DNA from: Malacoraja senta
Lineage: Eukaryota
NCBI GenBank assembly: GCA_038087875.1
Contig: JAXLNO010000226.1
Coordinates: forward strand, 62,001 to 126,000
Direction: 5' to 3'
DNA: 64,000 nt
Within the stretch, counting starts at the first letter, position 1. The number at the start of each line of letters is the position of its first letter. The notes beneath the pieces are model-generated. The model worked only from the letters and a program-made list of their open reading frames with translations, did no database searches and was not told where the DNA came from. A program made the translations under genes and the position numbers. Of this stretch, positions 1 through 13,150 are shown piece by piece.

Positions 1-812
1 AGCGGTAGAGTTGCTGCCTCACAGCATTTCAGCGGCAGAGACCCCGGGTCCGATCCTGACTACGGGTGCTGTCTGTACGGAGTTTGTACGTTCTCCCCGT
101 GTCCTGCGTGGGTTTACTCCGAGATCTTCAGTTTCCTCCCACACCCCAAAGACGTACAGGTTTGTAGGTTACTTGGCCTTGGTGTAAAGTTTAAGAAAGA
201 ACTGCAGATGCTGGAAAAATCGAAGGTCGATAAAAATGCTGGAGAAACTCAGCGGGTGAGGCAGCATCTATGGAGCGAAGGAATAGGTGACGCTTCCGGT
301 CGAGACCCTTCTTCAGACTGATGTGGGGGATGGGGGGCGGGAAGAAGAAAGGAAGAGGCAGAGACAGTGGGCTGTGGGAGAGCTGGGAAGGGGAGGGGAA
401 GGAGGGAGAAAGCAAGGGACTACCTGAATTCAGAATTCTTCTCTCTTCGGAAGAAGGGTCTCGAATTGGCGACGTTTCGGGTCGAGACCCTTCTTCTTCA
501 GACTTCTTCGTTCTTCGGAAGAAGGGTCTCGAATTGGCGACGTTTCGGGTCGAGACCCTTCTTCTTCCGAAGAAGGGCCTCGACCCGAGACGTCACCCAT
601 TCCTTCGCTCCATTGATGCTGCCTCACCTGCTGAGTTTCTCCAGCATTTTTGTCTACCTTTGGCTTGATGTAAATGTGAATTGTCCCCAGTGTGGGTAGG
701 ATAGCGTTAGTGTGTGGGGGATCGCTGGTAGGCACAGACTGGGTGGGCCGTATCGTTAAAACTAAAAAAGAACAATAACTAACGACTTTCACGGTGGCTG
801 ACGTGCACTCAC

Positions 813-977
813 TCTGAGTGTGTGGTCCTGGCTACCTGTCACCACACGGCCAGCCGCAGCTTCAGGACCGTGATGGGCTCCTGATGCGCACAGGGAACGG
901 CGTGGGTCAGCTGGCAAACAATGAGATCGTCACTGCTGAAAACTGGCGATGATGGAATGCTGGACCTGTTGGGGTCC
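813..977 (-). CDS. SCAP: SCAP coding exon 20 equivalent (165 bp as assembled, two 1-bp deletions)
   Basis: With one base restored near 971-974 and one near 861-862 it reads GTPNRSSIPSSPVFSSDDLIVCQLTHAVPCAHQEPITVLKAAAGRVVTGSQDHTLR; acceptor ttgcag, donor gtgag. Confidence 0.88.
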
Positions 978-1037
978 CTGCAAATAGAAAAGTTAGTGAA
1001 GCCAGTGTGGAATTATACTGTGATTTAATAATGTATA

Positions 1038-1457
1038 TAAGTAAGTAAGTAAGTAAGTAAGTTTATTGGCCAAGTATTCACATACAAGGAATACCCACAA
1101 GTAACAACATGACATACAGTGACAGTTACGAATGACTCAGAAAACACTAAATATTAATAATAATAAAACATTAATGACAAAACACCATTGATCAAGCATG
1201 TGAACCAACAAAATACCAGATCAAAGGGAGGCTACAGATTTTTGGCTGTGGTGTAGAGCAACTACTCGTGGATAAAAACTGTTTTTATGTCTGGCTGTGG
1301 CGGCTTTGACAGTCCGGAGTCGCCTTCCAGAGGGAAGTGATTCAAAGAGTTTGTGGCCAGGGTGAGAGGGGTCAGAGATGATCTTACCCGCTCGCTTCCT
1401 GGCCCTTGCAGTGTACAGTTCATCAATGGGGGAAAGGTTGCAGCCAATAACCTTCTC
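1038..1457 (-). mobile_element. Rex1/Babar-like LINE 3' fragment
   Basis: RAGKIISDPSHPGHKLFESLPSGRR...HKNSFYP motif; (TTAC)n tail. Confidence 0.8.
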
Positions 1458-1589
1458 TATGTACATAGAATTAGTGAACCCAGTGTGGAATCACCCATGG
1501 TCTGTCATGACCGAGGGGGGGCCTACTATGTACATAGAGTTAGTGAACCCAGTGTGGAATTAAACTGGGATGTATTTGGACAAAGGAAT

Positions 1590-3260
1590 TAAATGTAACA
1601 ATTTAGACGAGGGAATTAAAAGTAACATCTCCAAGTTTGCGGATGACACAAAGCTGGGCGGCAGTGTGAGCTGCGAGGAGGATGCTATGAGGCTGCAGGG
1701 TGACTTGGGTGAGCGGGCAGATGCATGGCAGATGCAGTATAATGTGGATAAATGTGAGGTTGGTGGCAAGAACAAGGCGGCAGATTATTATCTGAATGGT
1801 GTAAGAAAGATTTGCAGATGCTGGATTAAATCAAAGGTAGACACAAAATGCTGGAGTAACTCAGCGGGTGAGGCAGCATCTCTGGAGAGAAGGAATGGGC
1901 GACGTTTCAGGTCGAGACCTTTCTTCAGACTCTGACTGGTGGCAGATTAGGAGAAGGGGAGGTGCAACGAAACCTGGGTGTCATTGTATATCAGTCACTG
2001 AAAGAAAGCATGCAGGTACAGCATGAAAGAAAGCTAATGGCATGTTGGCCTTCATTGCGAGGATTTGAGTTTAGGAGCAAGGAGGTCCTAGTGCAGTTGT
2101 ACATGGCCCTGGCTAGACCACACCTGGAGTATTGTGTGCAGTTTTGGTCTCCTAATTTGAGGAAGGACATTCTTGCTATTGAGGGAGTGCAGCGTAGGTT
2201 CACCAGGTTAAATCCCGGGATAGCAGGAATGACATATGATGAAAGAATGGGTCGACTGGGATTGTATTCATTGGAATTTAGAAGGATGAGAGAGGGTTGT
2301 ATCGAAACATGTAACATTCATAGAGGATTGGACAGGCTAGATGCAGGAAAAATGTTCCTGATGTTGGGCGAATCCAGAACCAGGGGTCACAATTTAACTC
2401 GACTCCATTCAAGGACCTAAGCAGTCGTTCCAGGTGCGACAGAGGTTCACCTGCATCTCCTCCAACCTCATCTATTGCATCCGCTGCTCTAGATGTCAGC
2501 TGATCTACATCGGTGAGACCAAGCGGAGGCTTGGCGATCGTTTCGCCGAACACCTCCGGTCGGTCCGCAATAACCAACCTGACCTCCCGGTGGCTCAGCA
2601 CTTCAACTCTCCCTCCCATTCCGTATCTGACCTCTCTGTCCTGGGTCTCCTCCATGGCCACAGCGAGCAACACTGGAAATTGGAGGAAATGCAGCTCATA
2701 TTCCGCTTGGGCAGTCTACATCCTGGGGGCTTGAACATTGAATTCTCCCAATTCTGCTAGCCCTTGCTGTCCCCTCCCCTTCATCAGCCCTCTGGTTGTC
2801 TCCTCCCATCCCCCAGCCCTCGGGCTCCTCCTCCACCTTTTTTCCTTTTTTCCTTTCTTCTCCCCACCCCCTATCAGTCTGAAGAAGGGTTTCGGCCCGA
2901 AACGTTGCCTATTTCCTTCGCTCCATAGATGCTGCTGCACCCGCTGAGTTTCTCCAGCATTTTTGTGTACCGTCACAATTCAAGAATAAGGTTCAGGCCA
3001 TTTAGGACTGAGATGAGGAAAAACTTTTTCAGCCAGAGAGTTGTGAATCTGTGGAATTCTCTGCCACAGAAGGCAGTGGAGACCAATTCACTGGATGTTT
3101 TAGCTAGATTTAGCTCTTAGGGCTAACGGAATCAAGGGATATGGGGAGAAAGCAGGAACGGGGTACTGATTGTCGATGATCAGCCATGATCATAGTGAAT
3201 GGCGGTGCTGTCTCGAAGGGCCGAATGGCTTACTCCTGCACCTATTTTTCTATGTTTCTG
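1590..3260 (+). mobile_element. CR1-clade LINE 3' part, interrupted by PLE insertions
   Basis: ISKFADDTKLGG, RPHLEYCVQFWSP and FFSQRVVNLWNSLP motifs. Confidence 0.88.
2396..2971 (+). mobile_element. Penelope-like element 3' fragment: GIY-YIG endonuclease plus terminal repeat
   Basis: ORF 2434-2760 CISSNLIYCIRCSRCQLIYIGETKRRLGDRFAEH...HFN...GLN; flanked by duplicated GTCACAATT (2386-2394, 2972-2980) inside a CR1. Confidence 0.88.
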
Positions 3261-5160
3261 TTTTTATGTATTTGTGTATAGCAAGAGTTAGTAATAATAA
3301 TAATAATCATTTTATTTACTGGCGCCTTTCTAAAACCCAAGGACACCTTACAATGCATAGAATCACAAAAAAAAAAATACAAAACACATAATGGGAATAA
3401 ATTAAATATAAAAACACCACAGTACACAAATCAAGGACAGAATTCAATTTCAAGAGCACCAAAAGAAAATAAGAAACACAATTTGAGGAGCCCAGTGTGG
3501 AATTAAAAGTGATTTTACAACATATATGTATATAGAAAGAGTTAGTACTGGCATTGAGGAATTAAAATGTATATGTGCATAGCAAGACAGTTACAGTTGA
3601 ACAGTTTTAGTTTAGATTACAGTCACGGGTACCGACTGTAATCTAACGACTTTTGTTGCGTTCTAACCAGTCAGCGGAAAGACAATACATGATTACAATC
3701 GAGCCATTTACAGTGTATAGATACATGATAAGGGTTATAAGAGTCATGGGCCTGTCCCACTTTTTCGGCGACTGCCGGCACCCGTCATAGGTCGCCGAAA
3801 ATGTTCAACATGTTGAAAATCCAGCGGCGACCAGAAAGACGCGACGACTCTTTGGGAGACTGAGGAGACGACTCACGATTATACAGGCGACATGTCGCGG
3901 GGTGAAAACTGTATGGTCGTGAGTAGTCGCCCAAAGAGATGTACCTTGTTCTGGTCGCCGCTGGATTTTCAACAAGTTGAACATTTTCGGAGACCTGCTG
4001 CGACTATGAAGGGTGGTATTAAATCGTGATTTAATAATGTGGATGTACATAGCACTTTTAACACAATAAAACGTTTCACGTTTCTTAACAAACGAGTTGG
4101 TTTTAAATTAGTACGACAGACAGGCAGGCAGGAGGGACTAGTGAGGATGGGACATGTTGGCTGGCGTGGGCAAGTTGGGCCTGAGGGCTGGTTTCCACGC
4201 TGCAAGACTCTGACTCTATCACAACTTTTAGACAATAATGTTAGAGGAAGTGATTGAAGGCACATCTGAAAAAGTAATTTTACTGATAAAGTAATAGACA
4301 TATGTTCAAGGTGACGGGGGAAAGATTTAATAGGAATCCGAGGGCTGACTTTTTCACACAAAGGGTGGTGGGTGTATGGAACGAGCTGCCAGAGGAGGTA
4401 GTTGAGGCTGGGACTATCCCAACGTTTAAGAAACAGTTAGACAGGTACATGGATAGACAGGTTTGGAGGGATATGGACCAAACGCAGGCAGGTGGGACTA
4501 GTGTAGCTGGGACATGTTGACGGGAGGGGGAAAGTTGGGCCGAATGGCCTGTTTCCACACTGTATCACTCTATGACTCTATAACGACGTATATGTACAGA
4601 ACACTTTTAACACTGTAAAATGTGTCAAGTTTCTTAACAAACTAGTTGACTGCATGACTGACAGGCAGACAGGCGCTAGTGTACATGGGACATGTTGGTT
4701 GTCACGGGCAAGTTGGGCCGAAGGGCCTGTTTCCACGCTGTATGACTATGACAGTTTGGGGTTAGGAGAATGGGGTTAGGAGGGAGAAATAGATCAGCCA
4801 GGATTGAAAGGCTGAGTAGACTTGATGGGCCAAATGGCCTAATTCTGCTTCTATCACTTACGACCCTATGAAAATAGGGTGTATAATGATTGAAAGGTCA
4901 ATCAACTATGAAGCAAGAAGATATGGGCCAGGGCAGGCCAATGGGACTAGCTCAGGGGGGCATTTCAGCTGGCATGGGTGAGTTGGGCCAAAGGGCCTGT
5001 TCCCATGCTGAACAGCTCCATGACTCTAATAAGAGATGAAAGTAAATACGGGATAGGGTTGTCATGGAAAGAATGCTGAACGGGAAACTGAGCTGACTCA
5101 TGGAATTGTTGATTATATGTATAGTACGCAGGTTCTGTGATGGTTATTTATGACACTGTC

Positions 5161-5561
5161 TTTTTTATTAGAAGTATTTTACATTACAGTAATCTGCAAT
5201 AACGTAAATGTATACAGTTCTTGTACCACTTCTGTTTTTCAACTTTAATAGAAAGAAAGGATAGAAAGAGCTAGCAAAGACAGTCAGTGAGTGAATGAAA
5301 AAGTGGTTCAGGAACACACATGTGAACCTAAACCACAAGAAGTAGTTAAAGAAGAAAAGAAAAAAAGAGAAAAAAGAAAATAAGATAGGACAATATGAAA
5401 GGGATGTACCTACTTCTTATCTTTACTCACCCCTCGCCAGGTCCTAAAACCATTTACTATCAACATTTTGTTGCACCCTATGTTTGTAGTAAGTCGATAT
5501 ATGGAGACCAAATCTTTTGGAATTGGTCTTGTTTACCTGCTAGGAGGAATCTCATATCTTC
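5161..5561 (-). mobile_element. 5'-truncated L1/Tx1-like LINE
   Basis: 17-bp TSD TTATTTATGACACTGTC (5144-5160, 5562-5578); AATAAA plus A tail on minus strand; ORF end EDMRFLLAGKQDQFQKIWSPYIDLLQT*. Confidence 0.75.
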
Positions 5562-6399
5562 TTATTTATGACACTGTCTAACAAATGCTTAGAAGGTTAC
5601 GAATTCAAGGACAACAATTTTGAAAGTTTGAAAATCTCATGTCAAAAAGTCGTCGGAATTAGCAAAGAATGGAATAGTTTATTTTATTAATTTGTTAATC
5701 ACTAAATCATCGGAATAGAATATGGAATAGAATACAGAATATAGAATATATTCAAGGGTGTCGGGGGTTATGGGGAGAAGGCAGGAGAACAGGGTCAGGA
5801 GGGAGAGATAGGTCGGCCATGATTGAATGACGGAGTAGACTTGATGGGCCGAATAGCCTAATTCTGCCCCGATCACTAACGATCTTGTGAACTTGCTGAT
5901 GACACACTCATAACAGACGGCCGAGTTGATGACGGAGATGGTGCAAGCGAGTAAACAGTCACGAGATAGTCTGACTTAAGCAGCAGTGATGATCTTATGT
6001 GTAAGAAGGAACTGCAGGTGCTGGTTTAAACCGAAGATAGACACAAAATGCTGGAGTAACTCAGCATCTCTGGAGAGAAGAAATGGGTGACGTTTCGGGT
6101 GGAGACCCTTCATATGATCTTCTTCTCCATCTCTAAATATGTAGAAGGTACACACATATAGATGAACGCATACCTAAGTACTAGCTGAATGGCCTAATCC
6201 TGCTCCTATCACATGACCTTATATCAAATACAGAATAGAATATAAAATATAGAGAATATGGAATATATAGAATATATAATAGAGAAAGAATATAGAGAAT
6301 ATAGAAGAGAATATAGATAATATATAGTAGTATATTTTTCATTTTGAACATGTAAAACAAAAAAAGTTAAAAATAAAGCAAAATAACAATAAAATGAAA

Positions 6400-7017
6400 T
6401 CATATACTGATTTAAACTCTGATCTTGTTTGTGTGTATATGTGTGTGTCTTTACATCTTCGTAAAAACATCACGCGGTAACAATAAAATTTTTACATATT
6501 CTGATTCACATTTTTCCTCTCCAGGCAGAGATTACCTTCACTGAATATTTTATACTTTATTTCTCGACTTACTACTGATTAAAGTTTAAAAACATTAAAA
6601 GACTCTGAATTTAAACGACCAGCATCAACTGATGACGTCGCAATGGCTCGGCTAGCAGTGATCAGCTTCACTGAAGATTTCATCCTCTATTTCACAAGTT
6701 ATCGCGATTACAGCTTTAAAAATGTCAACTTTCACAAGATTTTTACTGTTAAAATCATTCCTGCCAGCTTCCGACACACTTCGACACAATGTTGCGACAC
6801 AGGAACACTCTGAACATTTCACCTCACGGGAGGGGGAGGGCGAATTGCTGTTGCAACACGCAGGGCAAGTGCAATTGGAATCTTTTTTTTTTAAAGAGGG
6901 AGGCGGGGGAGTGATGGAATCGTACGTTCGGGAACGGCTTGAGTTGGAGGACCACGCCTCCCGTGGGGGGCAACGGGTGCGGAACGGGTGCGTTGGGGGA
7001 GTCTGAACTTGGTCTAG
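6400..7017 (+). mobile_element. Candidate non-autonomous Helitron
   Basis: A|TC start and CTAG|T end, no TSD; degenerate GC-rich subterminal palindrome (CAACG..CGTTG); related fragment reversed at about 33575-33620. Confidence 0.4.
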
Positions 7018-7682
7018 TGAACAATAAACCTCCACACAACTCAGTAAATAACTTCTCATCAACATCACAATTTAAATCTTACATGTTCGAAAAGGAGTAG
7101 GAGGAAGTATACTTTTTCTTACATGTTCGAAAAGAAGTAGGAGGAAGTATATATTTATTCCAACCCCTTCTCCGCCACCCATCAATCTATTTATTTATTT
7201 ATTTAATTCTTTATTTCGAACAGAGTAAAAGAATAAAAAGCAAGTGTGAAACAGCATACAAAAAACAAAACAAGAATATTTATAAAGTGTCATAAACAAT
7301 ATCTATAAATAAATGAAATCGTATGTATTAATTCACGTATTATGTATTAATTAATGTAATAATTAATCAATCATATTAATTCACAAACTTATAAGACTAT
7401 ATGAGAAATTAGGAGAAATTAGAATATAGAAAGATTGCAGAAGAGAATATAGAATAGAATGGCAGAGTATGGAAGGCTGACTTCTATGACGGCTCCAGAT
7501 TTTTTTTGAGGTGCAATCAATTTAATCCCACACTCTGCGTGGTGCATCAAAGGATGTTAGGCTCAGGATTAGTTAACGATTTCCCAACCAAGTTAACAAT
7601 GGACAAGGTGCATAATAACCGTGAGAGAAGGCCAGAAACAGAAGAGAAATAACCATTGCAACAAAAAATATCTTTGTCCTAC

Positions 7683-7765
7683 CTCTGTATTGAAGCTGAT
7701 TCAAAGTCTTATTGGTATCTAAACAATAGAAATCTAATGAACCATTCAGTCTGGCTGCAACAATT
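7683..7765 (-). CDS. SCAP: SCAP coding exon 19 equivalent (83 bp), WD40
   Basis: IVAARLNGSLDFYCLDTNKTLNQLQYR(G); acceptor ttacag, donor gtagg. Confidence 0.95.
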
Positions 7766-8103
7766 CTGTAAGAGAAAGTAGAGTTACTTTACTAAGCGCC
7801 GATTGTTTTGAGTACAGACATACAACAATTTCCGCGTTCTGTTTTGGCACCAACATGTTTGCAAGCTGTCCAAAACAGTTTCATGGTAAATGTTACCACT
7901 GCTACTCCACAGGCCACTATCAGATGTGACAACCATGGCTGATTTAACAGCACTGATATGTCTTAAAATCTGCAAAGAATCTGAAACAGTACAAGCATTT
8001 AGACACGGGCGCTTGCTTACAGCACTTGCAGCGCCGGAGACCCGGGTTCCATCCCGACCACGGGTGCTGCCTGTACGGAGTTTGTACGTTCTCCCCGTGA
8101 CCA

Positions 8104-9365
8104 AGAGTCAAGAGTGTTTTATTGTCATGTGTCCCAGATAGAACAATGAAATTCTTACTTGCTGCAGCACAACAGAATATGTAAACATAGTACACTGTAA
8201 ACAATATGATAAACGAGAACAAACCATAACAGTGCAATAATGATAATCATTATAATAGTCTGTTGTAGTTCAGAGCTTATTCGTTGTTGTGTTTAATAGC
8301 CTGATGGCTGTAGGGAAGAAGCTGTTCCTGAACCTGGACGTTACAGTTTTCAGGCTCCTGTACCTTCTTCCCAATGGCAGGGGTGAAATGAGTGTGTGGC
8401 CAGGATGGTGTGGGTCTCTGATGATGCTGGCTGCCTTTTTGAGGCAGCGACTGCGATAGATCCCTTCGATGGTGGGGAGGTCAGAGCCAGTGATGGACTG
8501 GGCAGTGGTCACAACTTTCTGCATTCTTTTTCGCTCCTGGACGTTCAAGTTGCCGAACTAGGCCACGATGCAGCAAGTCAGTATGCTCTCTACTGTGCAC
8601 AAGAGAATCCTCTCTGACATACCGAATCTCCTTAATCTTCTCAGGAAGTAGAATTGCTGATGTGCTCTCTTTATAATTGCATCGGTGTGCTGGGTCCAGG
8701 AAAGATCGTTGGAAATATGCACGGCCAGGAAATTGAATTTATTGACCCTCTCCACCATCGTCCTATTGATATAAACAGGATTGTGGGTTCTTATCCTTCC
8801 GCTACCACAATCAGTTCCTTGGTCTTACTGATGTTGAGAGCCAGGTAATTGTGCTGGCACCATTTGGTCAATCGGTCGATCTCACTTCTATACTCTGACT
8901 CATCGTCATCTGTAATTTGTCCAACAACAGTGGTGTCGTTGGCAAACTTGATGATGGAGTTCGCCCTATATCTGGCTACGTAGTCATGAGTATAGATTGA
9001 GTACAGCAGGGGACTGAGTACGCAGCCTTGAGGTGCTCCCGTGCTGATTGTTAATGAGGATGAAGTATTTCTCCAATTCGAACAGACTCAAGTTCAAGTG
9101 AGTTTATTGTCATGTGTCCCTGATAGGACAATGAAATTCTTGCTTTGCTTCAGCACGACAGAACATAGTAGGCCTTGACTACAAGGCATTCTGTAAATAT
9201 ATACACACATGAATCAATATACTGATAAAGTGCAAATAACAGTTAATTGGCTAATAAAGTTCAGTGTTTTGTCCGAGCCCATCTGTGGATGAGGATCCAA
9301 TTGCAGAGGGATGCGCAGAGGCCCAGTTCCATGGTAACCAGCTTGGAGGGGATGATGGTATTGAA
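8104..9365 (-). mobile_element. Rex1/Babar-like LINE fragment (RT C-terminus and 3' UTR)
   Basis: KFANDTT, FNFLAVHISNDLSW and IIRDPHHPGH..LPLGRRYRS..FRNSFFP motifs in broken frames. Confidence 0.8.
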
Positions 9366-10601
9366 TGCCGGCTTTTTTCTCCAAGATCATCGGTTTCCCC
9401 CCCACACTCCAAATAGGTACAGGTTTGTAGGTTAATTGGCTTGGGTTTGTATGTTTGGTATAAGTGTAAATTGTCCCCTGTATGTAGGGTTGTGTTAATG
9501 TGCGGGGATCGCTGGTCGGTGCAGACTTGGTGGGCCGAAGGGCCTGTTTCCGAGCTGTATCTCTAAAACTAAAAACGAAACAATATAAAAAATAACTGTC
9601 TCACCAATTATTACACAAGATAGCAACAGTTAGGTTGGAAGTGACGGAATAATCTGAAGTTGAGTTTCGTTTAGTTTAGAGATACAGCGTGGAAACAGGG
9701 CCTTCATCCCACTGAATCAGTACCGACCAGCGATCACCCCATACACTGGTTCTATCCAACACTCTAGGGACAATTTACATACGCCAATTAACCTGCAAGT
9801 CCTTGGAATGTGGGAGGAAACCAGAGCACTCGGTGAAAACCTACGCGGTCACAGGGAGAACGTACAAACTCCGTAGTCAGGATCGAACCCGCGTCTCTGA
9901 CGCTGTGAGGCGGCAACTCTACCGCTGGGCCTCCGTGCCGCACTGTTTCATCGGAAAGGGCCCTGACCCGAAACGTCACCAACCCATGTTCTCCAGAGAT
10001 GTTGCCGGACCCAGTGAATTACTTCAGCACTCTGTGTCTTGTTTTGTAAACCAGCATCTGCAGTTCCTTGTTCCTACTAGACATAATGGTCTCTGCAAAA
10101 TGTTTCTAAGTAACTATCAAGGTGTTAAACTATCAACATGTCATTTTTTCAAACTTCTAAACTCGCCAATTAGGTCGCCGCAGTGGAACACTCCCTTAAC
10201 TCAGCGGGTCAGGCAGCATCTGTGGAGAACATGGACAACTGACGTTTCACAGAGTGCTGGAGTAACTCAGCGGGTCAGGCAGCATCTGTGGAGAACATGG
10301 ACATTTGACGTTTCACAGAGTGCTGGAGTAACTCATCGGGACAGGCAGCACCTCTGGGGAACATGGACAGGTGACGTTTCAGGTAGAGACCTTTCTTCGG
10401 ACTTTCTCCACACCTATCCTTGTTCACCAGAGATGCCGCCTGACCCGCTGAGTTACTCCAGCATTTTGTGTCTATCTTCGGTGTAAACCAGCGTCCGCAG
10501 TTCCTTCCTGCACATGGATGGTTTTTGGGCCAGGACCCTTCATCACATTTTGTTGTGTAAGGATGAGGGGGGTGGACCATTCCATGTACACAAGTCTCTA
10601 C

Positions 10602-10687
10602 CTGTTTGTGATGAAAGCCAGTGCAGTTATCCCTGACGAGCCCTCCTCCTCACTGCATCGAAGCAATCCATCAGCAGCGTTCCACAC
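10602..10687 (-). CDS. SCAP: SCAP coding exon 18 equivalent (86 bp), WD40
   Basis: VWNAADGLLRCSEEEGSSGITALAFITN(R); acceptor tttcag, donor gtaga. Confidence 0.94.
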
Positions 10688-11882
10688 CTGAAATAAGGTG
10701 GACAAAGGGTTAAATATTAAAACATTATCATTTATACAGTAGATCTGGATTTAATTTTAAATTAAGTTTCGAGATACAGTGTGGAAATTGCACCAACCAG
10801 CGATCCCCGTACACCAACACCATCCTACACACACTAGGGACAATTTACAATTATACCAAGGCAATTAACCTACAAACCTGTACGTCTTTGGAGTGTGGGA
10901 GGAAACCGGAGCACCCGGAGAAAACCCACGCGGGTCATGGGTAGAACGTACAAACTCCGTACAGACAGTACCTGGGTCTCTGGAGCTGCAAGGCAGCAAC
11001 TCTACTGCTGCGCCACCGTGCCAAACCCCAATTACTTAAATGCCGCACAGTAGCTCTTCTACAGAACAGCACAGCACAGCACAGGAAGAGGCCCTTCGGC
11101 CCACACTGTCCATGCTGAACATGACGCCAAGTTAAACTAATCTCCTCTGCCCGCACGTGATCCACATCCCTCCATATCCACGCGCCTTTGTGAGAGATTC
11201 TTAAACCACACTTTTCCTCCGCCCTCTTCCATGTATAATAATGGTTTGGACGAGGGGATTGAAGGCTTTGTGGCCAAGTTTGCGGATGATACGAAAATAG
11301 TTGGAAGGGCAGGTGGTGTAGAGAAAGCAGGGACTCTGCAGATGGACTTGGACAGGTTGGGAGAGTGGGCAGAGAAGTGGCAGATGGAATACAGCGTAGC
11401 AAAGTGTGGAGTCATGCATTTTGGTAATAAGAATAAAAGTGTCGATTATTTTCTAAATGGAGTATGAATCCTTTAATCAGGGGAGCAAAGGGCCTTGGGA
11501 GTGCTGCTGCAGGATTCCCAAAAAGTTAATCTGCAAGTCGAATCGGTAGTCAAGAAAGCAAACTCAATGCTAGCATTTATTTCAAGAGGGCTTGTATACA
11601 AAAACAGGGATGTAATGCTGAGTTTCTACAGTGCCCTCCTTAATGTTTGGGACAAAGACCCATCATTTATTTATTTGCCTCTGTACTCCACAATTTGAGA
11701 TTTGTAATAGAAAAAATCACATGTGGTTAAAGTGCACATTGTCAGATTTTAATAAAGGCCATTTTTATACATTTTGGTTTCACCATGTAGAAATTACAGC
11801 AGTGTTTATACATAGTCCCTCCATTTCAGGGCACCATAATGTTTGGGACACAGCAATGTCATGTAAATGAAAGTAGTCATGT

Positions 11883-13150
11883 TTAGTATTTTGTTGCATA
11901 TCCTTTGCATGCAATGACTGCTTGAAGTCTGCGATTCATGGACATCACCAGTTGCTGGGTGTCTTCTCTGATGATGCTCTGCCAGGCCTGTATTGTAGCC
12001 ATCTTTAGCTTATGCTTGTTTTGGGGGCTAGTCCCCTTCAGTTTTCTCTTCAGCATATAAAAGGCATGCTCAATTGGGTTCAGATCGGGTGATTGACTTG
12101 GCCACTCAAGAATTGACCATTTTTTAGCTTTGAAAAACTCCTTTGTTGGTTTAGCAGTATGTTTGGGATCATTGTCTTGCTGTAGAATGAATCGCTGGCC
12201 AATGAGTTTTGAGGCATTTGTTTGAACTGGAGCAGATAGGATGTGTCGATACACTTCAGAATTCATTATGCTACTACCATCAGCAGTTGTATCATCAATG
12301 AAGATAAGTGAGTCAGTACCTTCAGCAGCCACACATGCCCAGGCCATAACACCCCCACCACTGTGTTTCACAGATGAGGTGGTATGCTTTGGATCTTGGG
12401 CAGTTCCTTCTCTCCTCCATACTTTGATCTTGCCATCACTCTGATATAAGTTAACCTTTGTCTCATCTGTCCACAAGACCTTTTTGCAGAACTGTGGTTG
12501 CTCTTTTAAGTATTTCTTGGCAAACTGTAACCTGTCCATCCTATTTTTGCGGCTAACCAGTGGTTTGCATCTTGCAGTGTAGCCTCTGTATTTCTGTTCA
12601 TGAAGTCTTCTGCGGACAGTGGTCATTGATAAATCCACACCTGACCCCTGAAGAGTGTTTCTGATCTGTCGGACAGGTGTTTGGGGATTTTTCTTTTTAA
12701 AGGGCCTGTCCCACTTTCACGACCTAATTCACGACCTTTTTTACTCGTGGACATTTTCCATCATGTTGAAAAAACGCCCCGACCTACTTGATGCCATGAG
12801 TACCTACGACTAGCATCACGGCCTGCTACAACCTACCTACGACCTCCTACGACCATGCTGCGAGTATGAGTCAAGGGCAAACTCGGCAGAGGTCGTGAAT
12901 TAGGTCGTGAAAGTGGGACAGGCCCTTTATAAAGAGAATTCTTCTGTCATCAGCTGTGGAGGTCTCCCTTGGCCTGCCAGTCCCTTTTCGATTAGTAAGC
13001 TCACCAGTGCTCTCTTTTCTTCTTAATGATGTTCCAAACAGTTGATTTTGGTAAGCCTAAAGTTTGGCTGATGTCTCTAACAGTTTTATTCTTGTTTCTC
13101 AGTCTCATAATGGCCTCTTTGACTTTCATTGGCACAACTTTGGTCCTCAT
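11883..13150 (-). pseudogene. Tc1 transposase (DD34E), disrupted
   Basis: Begins MRTKVVPMKVKEAIMRL at 13150; frameshift near 13015-13020; MITE at 12701-12926; C-terminal ORF 11883-12638 has WTDE, QQDND-x34-E and WPSQSPDLNPIE. Confidence 0.92.
12701..12926. mobile_element. PIF/Harbinger-like MITE nested in the Tc1 transposase
   Basis: Inverted termini AGGGCCTGTCCCACTTTCACGACCTAATTCACGACC; flanks TAA and TTA. Confidence 0.8.

Noticed and set aside
9733..9742. SRE-like ATCACCCCAT suggesting SREBP feedback on SCAP
   Set aside because: Imperfect match inside a high-copy SINE, deep in an intron
9803..10486. 227-aa ORF
   Set aside because: Chance read-through of SINE, PLE and 66-bp tandem repeats; the peptide repeat only reflects a unit length divisible by 3
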